The notes: generated from the sequence alone by a model not told the origin. 64,000 nucleotides of DNA from Azolla caroliniana (GCA_043228905.1 JBHGNT010000013.1:20770001-20834000); one strand, 5' to 3'; shown: positions 46,581-61,000, counted from the stretch's first letter. Numbers and translations are program-made.

Positions 46581-49284
46581 TGTGGTCTATGTTTTTATTG
46601 CCTTCATTGTAATAATATTATTCAGAGCAAATGTAAAATCCCTCATTCTATCTGAAGAAAGCTATGTTTCATGGGTAATCTTGAGAGGATGAAATTGCAT
46701 TAACAGTTTTTTGATAGCTCACAAGAAAAGTTCATTACTGATGCTGATACCATACCATATTGGTTTCTAGCATAAATTTATAATTGACAAAGAAATTGGG
46801 TCTCTTGCTGGGATGTATATTGCTGAAGCAATCTGATCGCGGATGTTAACTATCAGCATTAAGTCTTTGGATAATGGTGCTAGGGGATCAAGTCTAGTTT
46901 GCTGATAATGAGTGATGAGGAAGAGTTTGGTGATACACTCGTTAGGCTTTGCTTACGCCAGTCCTTGATATCCATGAACGTGGTATTGGCTATTACCACA
47001 GTTTCTGGCTTCAATTGATGCAACCCTGAACATCTCAGCCAAATAATTAGAAGTCATTTTAATGCCTGAAATATGCTGTTCCTGATTATTCGCTCTTAAA
47101 TAGAATAAATTTGAATACATTGTAGGCATTTGTGCATATGACCAATACACTTTAGTTTCCTCACATTCAAACTTCTTATTGCATTTGAACCACTTGTTTG
47201 TATTTCATAATTCTTTGTTCAGTCAAAATAGGTAGCTTTCTTAAAATATGTATACTATTACATGCTATCCACTAATAACATAACTAACGAGCTGTCCCAC
47301 TGATAGATATTAGGATTCATATAAAATGTAACTTTTTTAAACAAGCTGAATTTTGTGAGTTTCTTCCACCGTACAAGTTAACACCCATGTACAATTTAAC
47401 ACGAAGCTTTTTAGGTGTTGAATCATGTGAGATATGTACATAAAAGTAAATCTCATAGTTTTGCATGCTGAGTGGATTATTGCCTAACATATAGGAGACA
47501 GTTGAGAGATAGTAACAAAGATTTTTGTGCTTTGGAAATAGGTAATATCTCATTCAAACAGCTAAATGCTTCCTTACCTTGGTGAAAGCAAAGAAAGCCA
47601 TTGAGTGTAGTAGAACTTCACATGGCTACTGCTCCCTAAATAATAGTGTTTAAATTATCATGATGGATTAATAACAAATTTGATTAAGTTCATACTACAT
47701 GATAGCTGTTTCTTGTGCAGGCATTATTTATCAATACAGTAATCTTCCTACAGACTGTAATTTTAACTAATCAAGGGTTATATGGAACTTCAAAAAGAAA
47801 AAGTAGCAGTTCAATTAAATAAATTTGCAGGATCCCTTTCTCCATTGAAGCAAGATATGTGATTGTAATATGTATAACTGTGCATAAAATAATACACTGA
47901 TTCATGAAATGATGTTTGTTGAAGAAAAGGAAAAATGAAGGTGTAATTTGTACAAGACTGTAACTAGATAGCTCCAATATCCACAAAGGCTCACACTATT
48001 AAATGCAAAATTTATACATCAATGATCTATCGGAAGAAACCTGAGCATAGACATTTATTCAAAGACATGAAAATGGAATATTGGATGATACAGCAGTGAT
48101 AAATCGGATTTGTCAAAGACATTTATTCGAAGACATGAAAATACACTACAAAATGCAAATTTAAGCCATCAGGTTTGTCAAATATACACATTCATATGAA
48201 GACGTTCAATTCATTCATTCAATTGTGTTAATTACAAGCAAACTATACAGCAGCTAAACTGTATCAGGCATTTTTTTATATAGAGATTATATATCACTGA
48301 TGAGAGAGCTGTAGCAAGGTTGTTCCAAGATACTTGACACTCAGAAAGACAAATTTTGCAAGACTGCGTCAAATAATGACATTCATAACCATTTAAACAA
48401 TGACATTAATCACAAGCAACATATACAACAGAGCAATTATGTTTATAAGGTAGGGCATAGTTTATCCTGGCATCGAAGGTCGTAAGTACAGTTAGTGCGT
48501 ACTCACAATTTGAAGTATCAATCCAATTACACAATACAGTTAATGCGTACTCACACTTTGAAGTATCAATCCAATTACGCGCAGAAAAGAATAAGAAAAA
48601 GATTAGGATTACGTGAATATTAATAGCATAGCTATCATGGAATCAGAGATCTCTAAATACATCATGCAACTTTGATATCTATATGCAATAAAAGAATTTA
48701 ACTCTACGTACGCCCACAAAATTTCAATCTGTATGCACAAAATTAAGACCATCGCTCAGAAGATATAACGTGGACCATTGATCTCCAAATACAGCAGATA
48801 AAAGCATCATTCTGACAAGATAAATAGGATGATAACAACATTGAGAAAATGGTGCAGGAGGTCTACAAATTTAGCAAGATTATGGATTTCGGGACAGTAT
48901 CAAATCTATGAAGAAAAGAAAAAGGTGCATAAATATATATGTATATGTACATTTGTTAATTACAAGCAACGTATATACAACATGGCGACCATGTACAACC
49001 GCAAACATGTTACGGCATAGATAGCATGGTGTCAGAGGTCCCTAAATACACCATAAGATATCAATCTCCATATACATATCATGAAACATAGCACAAAACA
49101 TTGATCTTTAAACAAGGCACTACACACTGTGAACTCTAGATAATCTAACTACAGAACATTGACCTCGAAATACGCCATAGAGAACATCGGATCTCTTGTC
49201 TCTAAACGACACCTTTGATCTCTAAATCTACAATAAATAAAAACATAGATGGATGATAATACAATAAGATAGATGTCGTATACT

Positions 49285-49911
49285 TTATGAGGAATTGAGC
49301 ACATGATCTCCACCTCCTCCTTTGATGGAACAAGGATGCAATTTCATGCATCTAAGGTCCTTGCCGCTCCCTCCATTAAAAGTGTTATTGATAAAAACCC
49401 ATCCTAAGAAACCGAGACTAGCAAACAGTGAAGCTCTCCAGAAGACACCTCCATTCTTATTATTCATATGCCCTTCAAGAACTCCTTCTTCAGTTCTATT
49501 GAAATTCCATGACAAGTGCTTGTTATGGCTACTACGAGGGCTTATATGGAAATTAGTATTGTTGTTCTCATCATCATCAGCAGCAGCCGCAACAACATCA
49601 TCAAAGTCTGGTTGTTTATAGTTCTTCAAATCTCCACCTTCAATATCAGAAACATGGTTTTCTTTTCCTAAAATCCGATTTTCTCCTACTTCCTGACTCT
49701 CTCCTACTTTTTGATTCTCTCCTCCTGATTCGTGATTTTCTCCCGTCTTCCCATGATCATCATCATTATCAGAATCCTCTGTTTTCTCTTTACATAGGTC
49801 TTTCTTTATTAGAGCTATAGAAGAGCTTAGATCCTCACCTTCTGTCGTGCTCAAGATTGTCCATCCCTGGCTCTCTTCCTCCACAAATCTCACTGTACTT
49901 CCAGTTTCCAT
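49285..49911 (-). CDS. acidic, disordered protein (208 aa) with a C-terminal TM helix; ATI1/ATI2-like architecture
   Basis: Intronless ORF with good ATG context (ACAATGG) and codon-like purine bias. N-terminal EEESQGWTIL, D/E-rich middle, TM segment VFWRASLFASLGFLGWVFI. Confidence 0.7.
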   Translation of the reverse strand: METGSTVRFVEEESQGWTILSTTEGEDLSSSIALIKKDLCKEKTEDSDNDDDHGKTGENHESGGENQKVGESQEVGENRILGKENHVSDIEGGDLKNYKQPDFDDVVAAAADDDENNNTNFHISPRSSHNKHLSWNFNRTEEGVLEGHMNNKNGGVFWRASLFASLGFLGWVFINNTFNGGSGKDLRCMKLHPCSIKGGGGDHVLNSS

Positions 49912-52499
49912 TGTTGTATCTGAAGCTATGGTCTGATTTCAAAAAACAATCAACTTTGTTTTTCTGTTGTATCGCTAGATCGAGGCCTTTCCGAGGTAAA
50001 CAAGAATAGGGTTTAAAAATATCGTTCTGATGGGATGGGATGGGTGGGTTAAAAAGAGAGAGTAAGGCTTACAGAGATTCGATGTGGTTTTTCGTAAGAG
50101 GGCAAAGGCGAATTAGGGTAAGCAAAGATGGATGTGGAGGGAGGTTGATCTGTTATGTCGACAAATTAGGGTTGGTTTACAGAGATGGGAAAGGGGGTCG
50201 ATCAGATCTGAGGAGGGGGGATGAAGAATTTAGGGTGTGTTGCAGGGGGGGCGGGGGGGGGGGGGGGACGGTTTCCTTGAGCTAGAAACACCACACTTCT
50301 TCCTCCCTAACAGAAATTGCGTTGCGTGTGAGTTTCTTTCTTTCTTTCTTTCTACAGACAGAGAGAGAGAGAGAGAGATCATCGTGGATTTATATCTCCT
50401 CCATCCTCTCCAAGAAAAGAGGAGCTCTGCATCGGAAAGCATGACATGACAGTGGACACACTCTCGGCTGGGCGGCCGTCCATTCCTTGGACCGATGCCC
50501 GTGACCCACAACGGGGCGTGGCCCCGTCCATCCATCGAGCATGTCCTTGGAAGAAGGGGGAAATAGGGCAATACGGAGAGACCTCGGAATGGTTCCTTTC
50601 TAAGAAGGGCTGATTGCCGTCCATTCCGACAAACACATATAGATTATCTATGGAGACTTAGCTTCTGTGTATGGTGCTTAACTCTTTTTGAGGCACCGTG
50701 TGCTATATATTCCTACTACCCCTTGACGGGCAAAATGTTCCTCAAATTCCTGGAGTTGAGCCTAGGGCCTATTTAAATGGCCATTTGCTAATGGTGAAAC
50801 ATAGGGAGCTAGCCAAGTCAACCCCCCCCCCCCCCCCTTCATTCCATTAAAGGTGAAATAGATACCATAGAGACTCTTCGCCAACAAGCTGAAATATGAT
50901 GCAAATTTAGCAATGGATATCTCGAAGCTTAACATGATATTCATCAAAAGGCTCGGTGTTCTTAAAGGTGAATTGATATTGTCATGCATTGAGCTTAGAT
51001 GAAAGTTCCTTTAAACATGTTTGCAGAAACCATATCCTTACATGTCATGGCCATAGTTTAAAGGGTCATTTGCGAGGTTAAGATGTTAACTCATCACTCA
51101 TCATAACCAAACCATTAACAAATTTATGATTAACACAAAATCACCATTGTCATACCATTAGAATAATAATTTTATATATGGAAACAAATCAATTTCGGGA
51201 GAAGTGAAACGGTTTTGTTTTTTATATCCAATTACTTCTATCATTAAACCTACTTAGATGTGGTCCATGTAATGTGCTGATTTTGAGTAAAAGATACCAG
51301 ATTGGTATTTCTTTTTTGAAAACATGATAATAATTTCGGTTTCCTTTTCTAAATTAACACTTAACATCATTGTAAGTATTTTATTAAGGGCGTCTATAGT
51401 GTGAAGGCATGGAGGTGATGACGTTGGAAAACTACAAGTTTATACTCAACAATAGGCTATTAACATGTGTGTTGTCATAAAAAAAATTTTATCCATTTTC
51501 ACTTATTTTCAATCTTCTACATACATTTTCATTTCCAAAACGTGGGTCTTTTATTACCACATTGGCCTAAAGATTTGCAGCATTACATATTCGTAACATA
51601 TGTAAGCTTGCGTAGTGAAAAGAGAATAAAAATATGCATACCAAACAAGATAGAGTTATAAAAACAAACCACATACTATTAGTGAATTAAATGGAAGTAA
51701 TCAATTATAGCACAAGGAAGTGTCCAAATTTCAAATGATTATTTTCTCTATGTAAATACAAGGAGTGTAGCGTGCATCTTCAAATTACTTGCTATGAAAG
51801 AATTGTTACTACCTTTTGAGCATATTTATCAAAGGCAATTTGATGCTCCAACTTACTTTTGTGGGCCGGAGAGAAACATTCTTTTCTTATTCCCATTAAA
51901 CGAGTTGTGGGTTGTAGACAAGATGGTAGCATAATCTCATACCGTGATACAAACAACATGTTTTCTCATAATGAAGTGATAGATAATGCAACAATTGGTA
52001 ATTTTTAATGGTGTTGAAACATTAAATTGCTATTGCTTTAGTAATGAGAACTTGTCTAGATGCAATAATCTATAAAAAGAAAATTAGTGTTGGATTGTAT
52101 GTAGTGAATGAAATAGTACATCAGACATAACGCTAATTAAATTAGTGTACGTATAAACTAAAGAAATAAAGTAGATATTCATGAAACATCAACAGGGAAA
52201 ATGACTCTTAAAGTTTCGGTGCTGATATCCCAAATTAAGTTTGGAAAAGTTAGGATTCTAGTTGGATGTTCACGTACTCAACTAATAAATTATTCCAAAT
52301 AATTACATGAGTATACAAAACGATGCATAAAGATATTGTTTTCTAAATGATTTCTTATGATAGAGTCATTGTTGTACTGCCCATGTCTTGTTATCTAAGT
52401 TGTTTTTAAAAGAACGCGTTCTGATTTTTTTTGTTAATATTGACAACTTTGTGTTTATCAATATTTTTGTATGTTTTTAATGCACTCTATGGTTCTAAC

Positions 52500-53230
52500 T
52501 TAAATTACTCAAACAATTCCTTTCACCATCCATGAGAAGATGGTGTGAAAGTTATGCGCAACGCATAGGTCACCCATAGCCCATCACCAAGAACCGTGGA
52601 GCAAACAATATTCATTGTCATCATGAGCACCTAGATGTAGCAAAAGAAGTTGGTAGGATTGTTTGGGGTGTGGTGGCTAAGGAGTCACAACACCCGGGTC
52701 CTAGAGCCCAAAGGACCTCATTGAGAATTGTCAACTATTTATGCACCCGTAACGTGGCAAATGCCCGACTATTGAAAGCCAACAAAACCCAAATACTGCA
52801 ATTAAATGTCTGCATAATGGATTATTACTATGAATAATGTAGTGATAAATGGACGACATATTAGGCACGAGGGTTTGACCTGCACTTCATGACCTTTGTT
52901 AGTTTCCCACAATTTGACGTATGATGTCATGTCCATACTCCTCTTTTAATTACATCCAAGTATTTTATTGGTTTCCTTGTGGTGTATCCCAACAATCAAT
53001 CTTCATAGTCTACAAGATTTAAATGTGTCTTCTTTTATCATTTGAAAATTACGCCTTCTATGGCAATGTCTCCCTCAATAACCATATTTTCTCAATAGTT
53101 TGCCAACCATGCTTGCTCTTGCCTCTCAAATCTTGTGTTGTATTCTTCCCTTCTTCCTACCTATATAGGGTATGCACTATAAAGTGTAATGCCATACAGT
53201 AAGTTTGTTTGCTAGTTGTTTTGCAACTCA
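52500..53230 (-). mobile_element. possible decayed hAT transposase fragment
   Basis: Only a CVAH (CxxH) motif at ~52550-52565 and weak similarity around it. Confidence 0.25.
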
Positions 53231-53799
53231 TTATGATCACCATAATCCTTGGTTACAATTTTGGATTAATTGAAATAAGAAAGACAAGTACTCATTCACA
53301 CAATTGTGGAATAAAATTCTATTAATATATTATGTTCTTAATTAACAAAAATATGGGATTCTAGAGCACACGTCTTTCATATCCCACTTTACAGTCTACA
53401 CACGTGACATTCAAATTAGGGGACATTCTCTAAATAGTCTATTACACATACATCTAGTGGTACTCATCCCATCAATCAAGCACAACACATGCCATCATCA
53501 AGTTTGTTGGCCATTTCTAGCAATGAGTGCAAAATTGAGGGGATGAATTGTACTTTGTGGATCCTCAAAATGGCAATGGCTTTGGAATTGTACAAGTTCT
53601 TAGACACGGTTTGGCTTTGAGTGGAGCTGGTGGCAACTAGAGATCTGAAGAACCCAATTGTTTTGATCCCTTAAGTGAGTAGATGTACATGTTTGGATGC
53701 ATATATGTTAGCCTTGGCATTAGCATTGTTGGTTATGCATATATATATATGGCACATGAGCAACGCATGGAATGTGCCTATACTAGCTAAAAAGTCAAG

Positions 53800-54660
53800 G
53801 AACTACGAAGCTAGCAATGTTGAAAATCTTCCTTGAAAATAGCAAGCCAAGACAACATCTCCTCTAGGATTTACCAACCCTGACCTTCAGAGAAAGAGAT
53901 ATTATAACTGATATACAACCCATACTAGGCTAAGGGTTATAAAATTCTATGGAGCAACTTGAAAGAAGAACTTTAATGACTATCTGGAATTCAAGCAGGA
54001 TATAATGTGCATGACTGGAGTCTGAGTTGGAAACTATTCTGACTAATCAAAGTGGGCACGAGACTTCTTGATTAGACTAGACAAGAATGTCATCGGATTG
54101 AAGATGGCTCAAAAACTTAAAGTGATGGTTTAATGGATAAATAGAAGACAAGATTAGTAGCAAAGTGTTTCGCTATATGAAAGGAGTGAAGTTCGAGAAA
54201 CCCTTTCCTCCTGTTATACTGACAGATAAACATCTTAAAGCAGGAATTAAACCAACCTAAATGTCCTCTCGCAAGAGAATTTGAGGCCTTAGCATCAAAT
54301 GTATAAAAAATGTCCTTGAAACTTTGCAATATAAGCCAATTCCATGGAGGATGGAAGAACAAAGTAATTGGCTACGGAGAATTTGTACTACCATCAAAGG
54401 GGGTATGTATGTACTACCATACAAGGTTACCAATGAAATCAAAAGGAAAAAGGTGAGAATGACACCAAGTGACAAATCTTGTCTCCTTTCCTCAACAATC
54501 CTAGAAAGTTTGCAGCAACATCCAATTGACAGGAAAGTGTGGATCAACTCATATGGCGTTTAATGTGATTTTCTTGCCACCAAGCATTTGGGAGCACCAA
54601 GTTGTCCAAATCATCCACATATCACATACCAAACTAGGCTAAAGGTAACATCTTAATGTT
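53800..54660 (+). mobile_element. decayed L1-type LINE C-terminal relic
   Basis: NWLRRIC...LPYKV...SDKSC....LESLQQH resembles a zf-RVT region. Confidence 0.4.
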
Positions 54661-55036
54661 CTATCTTGGGCTCTCTGTTCTGAGGGCCTCTAAAATAGCT
54701 GCGAACATAGAACATACAGGGCATAATACACTCATCGCAAACTAGCTGAATCATTCAACTCCTGTTAATTGAAGATCATGGAATTTGTTCAATGTTCTAA
54801 TAAGTCTTTCAACATGCAAATGTTACAAAGTCCTACAAAATGAGATGGTATTGAAATTACAAAGAGAGGGAATAAGACCTTGCAGCCTTTCACTTTCACT
54901 TTCATTGGTGAGAAAGGAGAGACAAAAAGAATTATGTCAATAACCTTCACTCCAATGGCCACCTGGTTCCTTATATAACTTCAATGAAATGCGTTTTGAC
55001 ACTTTGTTGCAATTTATAAAGTCTGCTCTTTCTACT

Positions 55037-58000
55037 TTAATCACCATGTATTGTGTATCGTTCCCATTTCTTAGTTGGGTCATATATCTGTAGGCAGAAT
55101 ATACACACATCCATATTATTAAATGAGCAGAATCTACAAAACAAGACATTTGAAAAGTACTAAATCATTGTTAAAACACAATGACTAAAGCAAACAAATA
55201 CCTCCCATCTTGAAGCAGGAAAAATATGCTTATTTTTCTCGTACCAATGTCTCTCTACAACTTTGCCGGCATGTGACTGGCAAACCAGAAAACAGAATCA
55301 AATCTCCATACACACCTTTAAAACACAGGTAAAACTTTTGACAGAAACATGAGATTTCAAATACAAATTTTAAACTGGCAATACAAAAATACAGTTGACA
55401 TTAATTACCTCATCTTTCTCAATAGTTGCATCAGCAATCGTTCGGATGTCTTCATGCACATCAAAGTGAAATAGCTACCAAGTAGAGAAAGTCAGGTTAG
55501 TGGTTTTCAACTTTTGACCTATGAAAAAAAGTAGATAAAGATTGAAAGCTCGACAGTACCGGTCCACTCTTGCCCCTTGCTTTGTTGATTATTAACTCAT
55601 AAAAAGAGTGTTGCTGTAAGCAAGCATTAAGGGTTGAATACTGAATGATTAATTAAAGAAGTTTGAATGCATCATCATGTGTGTGTTTTATCTCATCGCA
55701 TTGCACAGTTAAACATCAAATGATTTAGATGACTAACTTAGAAAGTATAATGTTTTTCTTTGCATCTGATGCACAAATTTTAATAAAGAAACTTACATGT
55801 GGGATTATCAAATCCTCCTTAATGTATAATAGATTTTCAACTGAAGCGGTTCTTATTTCTCTAAATTCTGAGGCAAGTTGCTGCTGAACAGACCGTAAGA
55901 ACTCTGCTATTGTATCTCCTTTACGGACCTGATTTAAATATAAAAGAAGCATTACTCTACAACAAATTTGTTTACTAAAAGTTGATAATACTTTCTCGAA
56001 GTGTACAATGCTCGTGGAAAAACCTGTATTACTCGACGATGGCCCGCACCATCCCAATAACTGTAAGTGATTTCGAGTGGCTCGTCTATAAATGTGTAAG
56101 GTATATCAAAATTACTGAATAAAACATTGGTTGTATGCAAAGAAACAATTTATTATACATATGTTTCCTTACTCTTTATGCGTTCTTGCTCCTTCTGCCA
56201 TTGTTTTCGTAGGCGTTCACGCTCTGCTTGCTCTTCTGCTTCACGCTCCCTGATACGTTATCCTCCATTTTCATAAATCTCATATGTCAGTTGGCTTAGT
56301 TTTGAAATTTCATTACAAGGCAATAAGAAAGAGCACAATGCATACCTGTCTGGCAAGAAGCCAGTTTCAACAGTGGGATCCTTGCCAAACTTCCCAAGTT
56401 TGCTCCGCTTCGGTTCCTCATTCTCTACAAACAACAAACATATCAACTTTCCACCAGGTCTAGATGTATAATACTTCACTCTGTCTATATATTAATCTTG
56501 ATTCTTAAACAAACTACAAATTTACGTCCTAAATGACGATAGAGCTTTTAGCCATGAAAATGGACATTCAGGACACTTGACAGTATATGCATTTGAAATC
56601 ATCTTTAAGTCGGATGTGTTGAATTTAAGCATATGCATGATTACTTAACTCAATGCCTGATCAGACAAGAAGAAGTTTCTTACCATTGCCTCCATTATCC
56701 TCCTCATCTGTTTCCCCATCCACATCATCAACAAAAGATAATCGTGAGGGACCCTTTGCTCTCCTCTTCTTGCGCTTGAGAAGCAATTTCTCTTCTTCCC
56801 TAGATAATCATTTAGCCATTCTATTTTATATATGCAGAACAATGATTAGTTGCATAAAGCATCATGAATTTCCCTTACTCTTGGGCAAGCTTTTGTTGCT
56901 TCTCTTTCTCTTCCTCTTCAATCTTGCTGCGCAAGTTGACACGCTACAAAGAAAAAACACCACACTCTCTATCACAATGCAACTTCAACTCAGCAAAGAC
57001 AAATATTTTGATTCTGGCTACAATGGTTCATGTAACCATCAATCTTTGAAAAACCCTGAAACTCTTCAAGTGAGTTTTCGTGAACAAAATGGTTAAATCC
57101 TTCAATTTGGATTTGTGCAAGTTCTAGTGATACTGGAGTCATCAAAATTGCTTGTTGCTTTAAAGTGATAAGGAAAGTGATGCTTTGCTTGCTGGATTTG
57201 TAGATTATGGCCAGAAGAGGATATTGCATTTTTGCATAATATTTCTGAATTTTCAGAATTCCAAATTCCAGCGTTCAAATCTTTCCACAATTCACAGTAA
57301 AAAATATTGTATAAATCCATGATTGAATCTCAGGCCTTCTTGAAAGTTTAAAAGAAGAATTTTGGTAGCCTTCTATGTTTTGGCAAATAATTAATTAACT
57401 ACTCTTGTAAAAGAAGAATGTTGGTAGCCTTCTATTTTTTGGCAAATAAAAGAAGAACTCAAACAGTCTCTTCTACATTACAATTTACTCTAAACAATAT
57501 ATATATATATATTCAGCATGCAACCCATTACTTTCACTCAATAGCAGCACACTGATATGCTCTTAAAAACCTTCAGATGGATTCTTATGGATACATATCT
57601 TTTAATTTGGGCACACATATATTCAAAAGAGCTATTAGAATACAAAAATAGACTTGGGAATTGTGAAAAAAATAAATTGAATCTTGACGTCACCATAGGC
57701 TATATTGGTATGACCAAACGCCCAGCTATCCTCAACAGAAAGATGTGTGCATTTAATGCAGTAGGTGGGTTAGCCATAAAGGTTAATACCCAATTGTATT
57801 ATGGAAACCCTAGAGAGAGTTCCAAGGTTTGTTCTTCATTTACCCACAAAGTTGTCTTTGTACATGCTCGGTTAGGAAAATGTAAGGTCAAGCTTTTGTT
57901 TTATCATTCCTCTCTTGAACTCAAGCTTTGGCATTCTGATAATCTAATATACATTTATATCCTCTCCATTGTTTTCTGCCTTGATTAATTGCATGTGCAC

Positions 58001-61000
58001 TTACTATTTTCAACACAATAGTTCGCATGGTACATGATAGATAGAGGTTTTGTACTTTTCAATCAACAAGAGCTTTGAGAAGGAGACCCGAGCAGAGGCA
58101 ATCAAGCATGGTTTGTGAGTGATCAGTCACACGGAGAAGATGAGCTCAATAGGTGATGTTGGAAGTGAGACTCCAAGCATTGCAAGGCCATGACCACCAG
58201 TAATGTTGAAGGGGAATCTCAACAGGATTAACTACATGATGTGTGTTCAAGATGACCACCATATTGGATTTCTACTTGGATACCATGTGCAGACCAGCTG
58301 TTACTTTAGATCCAAAAAAACCAATGGTCACGTTGGTAACAACTTCATTGATAGTGACAACGTTTACCCACACAGAAAGGCAGATGCCTACAAATTTCTA
58401 TGGAATCAATAGGAGATACAGAATGAGACCAAGATCCAAAACCGGGAAAATCAATTGGTCTCTAATCAAAAGGTGGAAGGGGAATGAGCAAAAGCAAAGC
58501 AGCTCATCACAGGCATAACACACCTTTGGAATTGCCGTGACTGGGTTGGTGAAGCTTGTCATAGAGCTGGCATCTATGCCAGTGTGGATCTGTATCCACG
58601 CACTACCTCAGCATTATGATGACATAATAACATCTTTGACCACTCAAGTAAGAAATATCCCACTTCCCTTTGAGTTTCCTACATTATTTCAAGAGGAGGG
58701 ATGTGGATGCGAACAAGTGACACATCAATAGTTGAAAGGTTATTGTATTCTCTACCAGGTGGGATAAAGAGAAGGGCATAAAGCTGAAGCAGCCTTTTAG
58801 TAAAAGGTGCCACAATTTCGTAAGCATGACATGTGGCTTGAGACTGCAAAATCAGAAATCCAGAGTGGGACAGCCAGGCAGGTTCCCACATGTTCAGCTG
58901 AAGATGAAGATGTGGAATTGTGCCTGGAGGAGAGAATATATTGTTGGGGTCACAAACCTCACTCAAGTGTGGATGCATGAAGAGGCTCGTGAATCCTGGA
59001 TAGTAAAGTGACTCAGCACATATTGAATCATAGGAGCTAGTCGTAAAACTTGAGGGATGTAATGTTGGAATTAAAGGCACGTCGGTTGCTCCCATTATAC
59101 TAGAAAACGTTTATTATATAATTTAATATTTTCTGATCTCTGTTGAGATTTGTACAATCTCGTTTTTAGAACTGTAATACAACTCCTAGGAGAGTATTTT
59201 GTATGCTAAATGAGATCCTTTGACAAGATTGCCCAATCAGCATTAATAGGTATTTATGAGCCTATCCACTAGCTGAGTGGAGCCATGACTTAGCCGTCTC
59301 ATTAGCATTTAAAGCTCTTCTTGAATAGCATACATGTGTGTGTGCATGCAGTCCTGCCCTGAATATACATCAAGTAGGTGGGCTTTTGTTTTGTAGAACT
59401 GCTTCTGCTTTCTTTAATCTCTCCTGTTTTATCCATTATTGTTTTTAGATTCTATATCTCTGCTTTCAGATATCTCAGAAAACTGTTATTCTATCTTCCT
59501 GTACAACTGGTATCAGAGCCAGTGTTGCATCCTTTCCGGAGCTGCATTGTTTAGTCTTTCATCTTGAATAAGTGGGAGTTTCGTGTTTTTTTTCTGTTCT
59601 CTATTCCTTCTTTACCATGACAAATACATCAGCCAATGTTGGGGAAGAATTCAGGAAATTTGATGGCACTGGCTTAGACTTGTGGAAGATTAGAACGGAG
59701 AACACACTTTACTTGCAAGTCTGTGCAGAAGTATTGGAGGAAATTAAATCAGCTGGTATGGATGATGCAACTTGGAAACTACTCAATTGTAAGGAAGTTG
59801 CCCACATTTACATGGCAGTATCAGATGAAGTTTTAGGAAATATCAAGGGGCTGACTACTGGTCATGAAGATGAATCTGTTTGAGACCTTTTCAAATTAAG
59901 ACGGACCTTCCGCTGCACATCCTGTATGCATGTGCCTGACAAGTGTGGGATGAGGTTGGACAACAAGAGCAAGAGATGCGTCCTTGACAGAACCAGGCCA
60001 GAGTATAAGGCTTATTGATGATCTGGTTGACAAGAAGATGGCACTGGAATGGAATGTGGGATTCAATGATGGTTCACATACCTCAGACGGGAGTGAGGGT
60101 TGAGACATCAAAAGGAAGACATACCGAAAGATACCAATAGGTGGAATGGGTGCATGAACTAGAATTTGGAGATTATGATCAGTTTGAGGGCCCAGTGTGA
60201 AAGAGCAGCTCAATCCAGCTCAAGATGAAACAGCACTCCCTTAACAGCATATTGGCTCCCTGACACTGGACTAAACCCCAAATTGAAAATCACATAAAAG
60301 AAGGTCCAAGATGGTTAAGGAGCATAGAGAAGCATACATGGTAAAAGCATAACAGAGATCAAATTAACCCTTATGCTCATGGCATATATTCTGGAAGGAA
60401 AAAAGGATCTAAGCTCCAAGGAGGAGATAATGGAGGATCAGACGAGGGAAAAATCCTATGAGGCCTAAGCTGAAAAGTATTTCAGATAACAAACCTGGGA
60501 AAAAGAGGGTTTGGAAGACTAAGTACAGGTTGCGGACGTTCATAGAAAACTACAAGGCAAGACTAGGGGCAAAAGGGTATGTGCACTCAAGACTGCAAAG
60601 TAATTCCTTCTCTTGCAATCAACTTCAAGGCTCTGCTATTATAATATAAATCTTTGATTTCACCATTATTTTCTGCGTTAACTACCTATGCATTCTCTAT
60701 TTTCATTGCTATAATTAGCAATCTAGACTATCCCAGATACAAATCTTTGAGAATGCCATTTTAGTTTATTTTGTAAGCATGGTTAACCTAACCGTTTTAT
60801 GAGTTGTTAAAAAAAATTATACTGACAAGAATTAACAGACCTCGCAAGTCTAACTAAAACATGGGCGTTTATACTGGGCCTAGGTTTGGTATGCATGCTC
60901 ATCTCGTTGGTGTTGATGATGGTTATCTCAATGGTGTTGATGCATGCTCGTCTCATTGGTGTATGTACATCCCAAACATTGGATGTGAACAAATCAAAAA

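Noticed and set aside
56653-57096. 147-aa plus-strand ORF
   Set aside because: It is the antisense shadow of purine-rich XCT exons.
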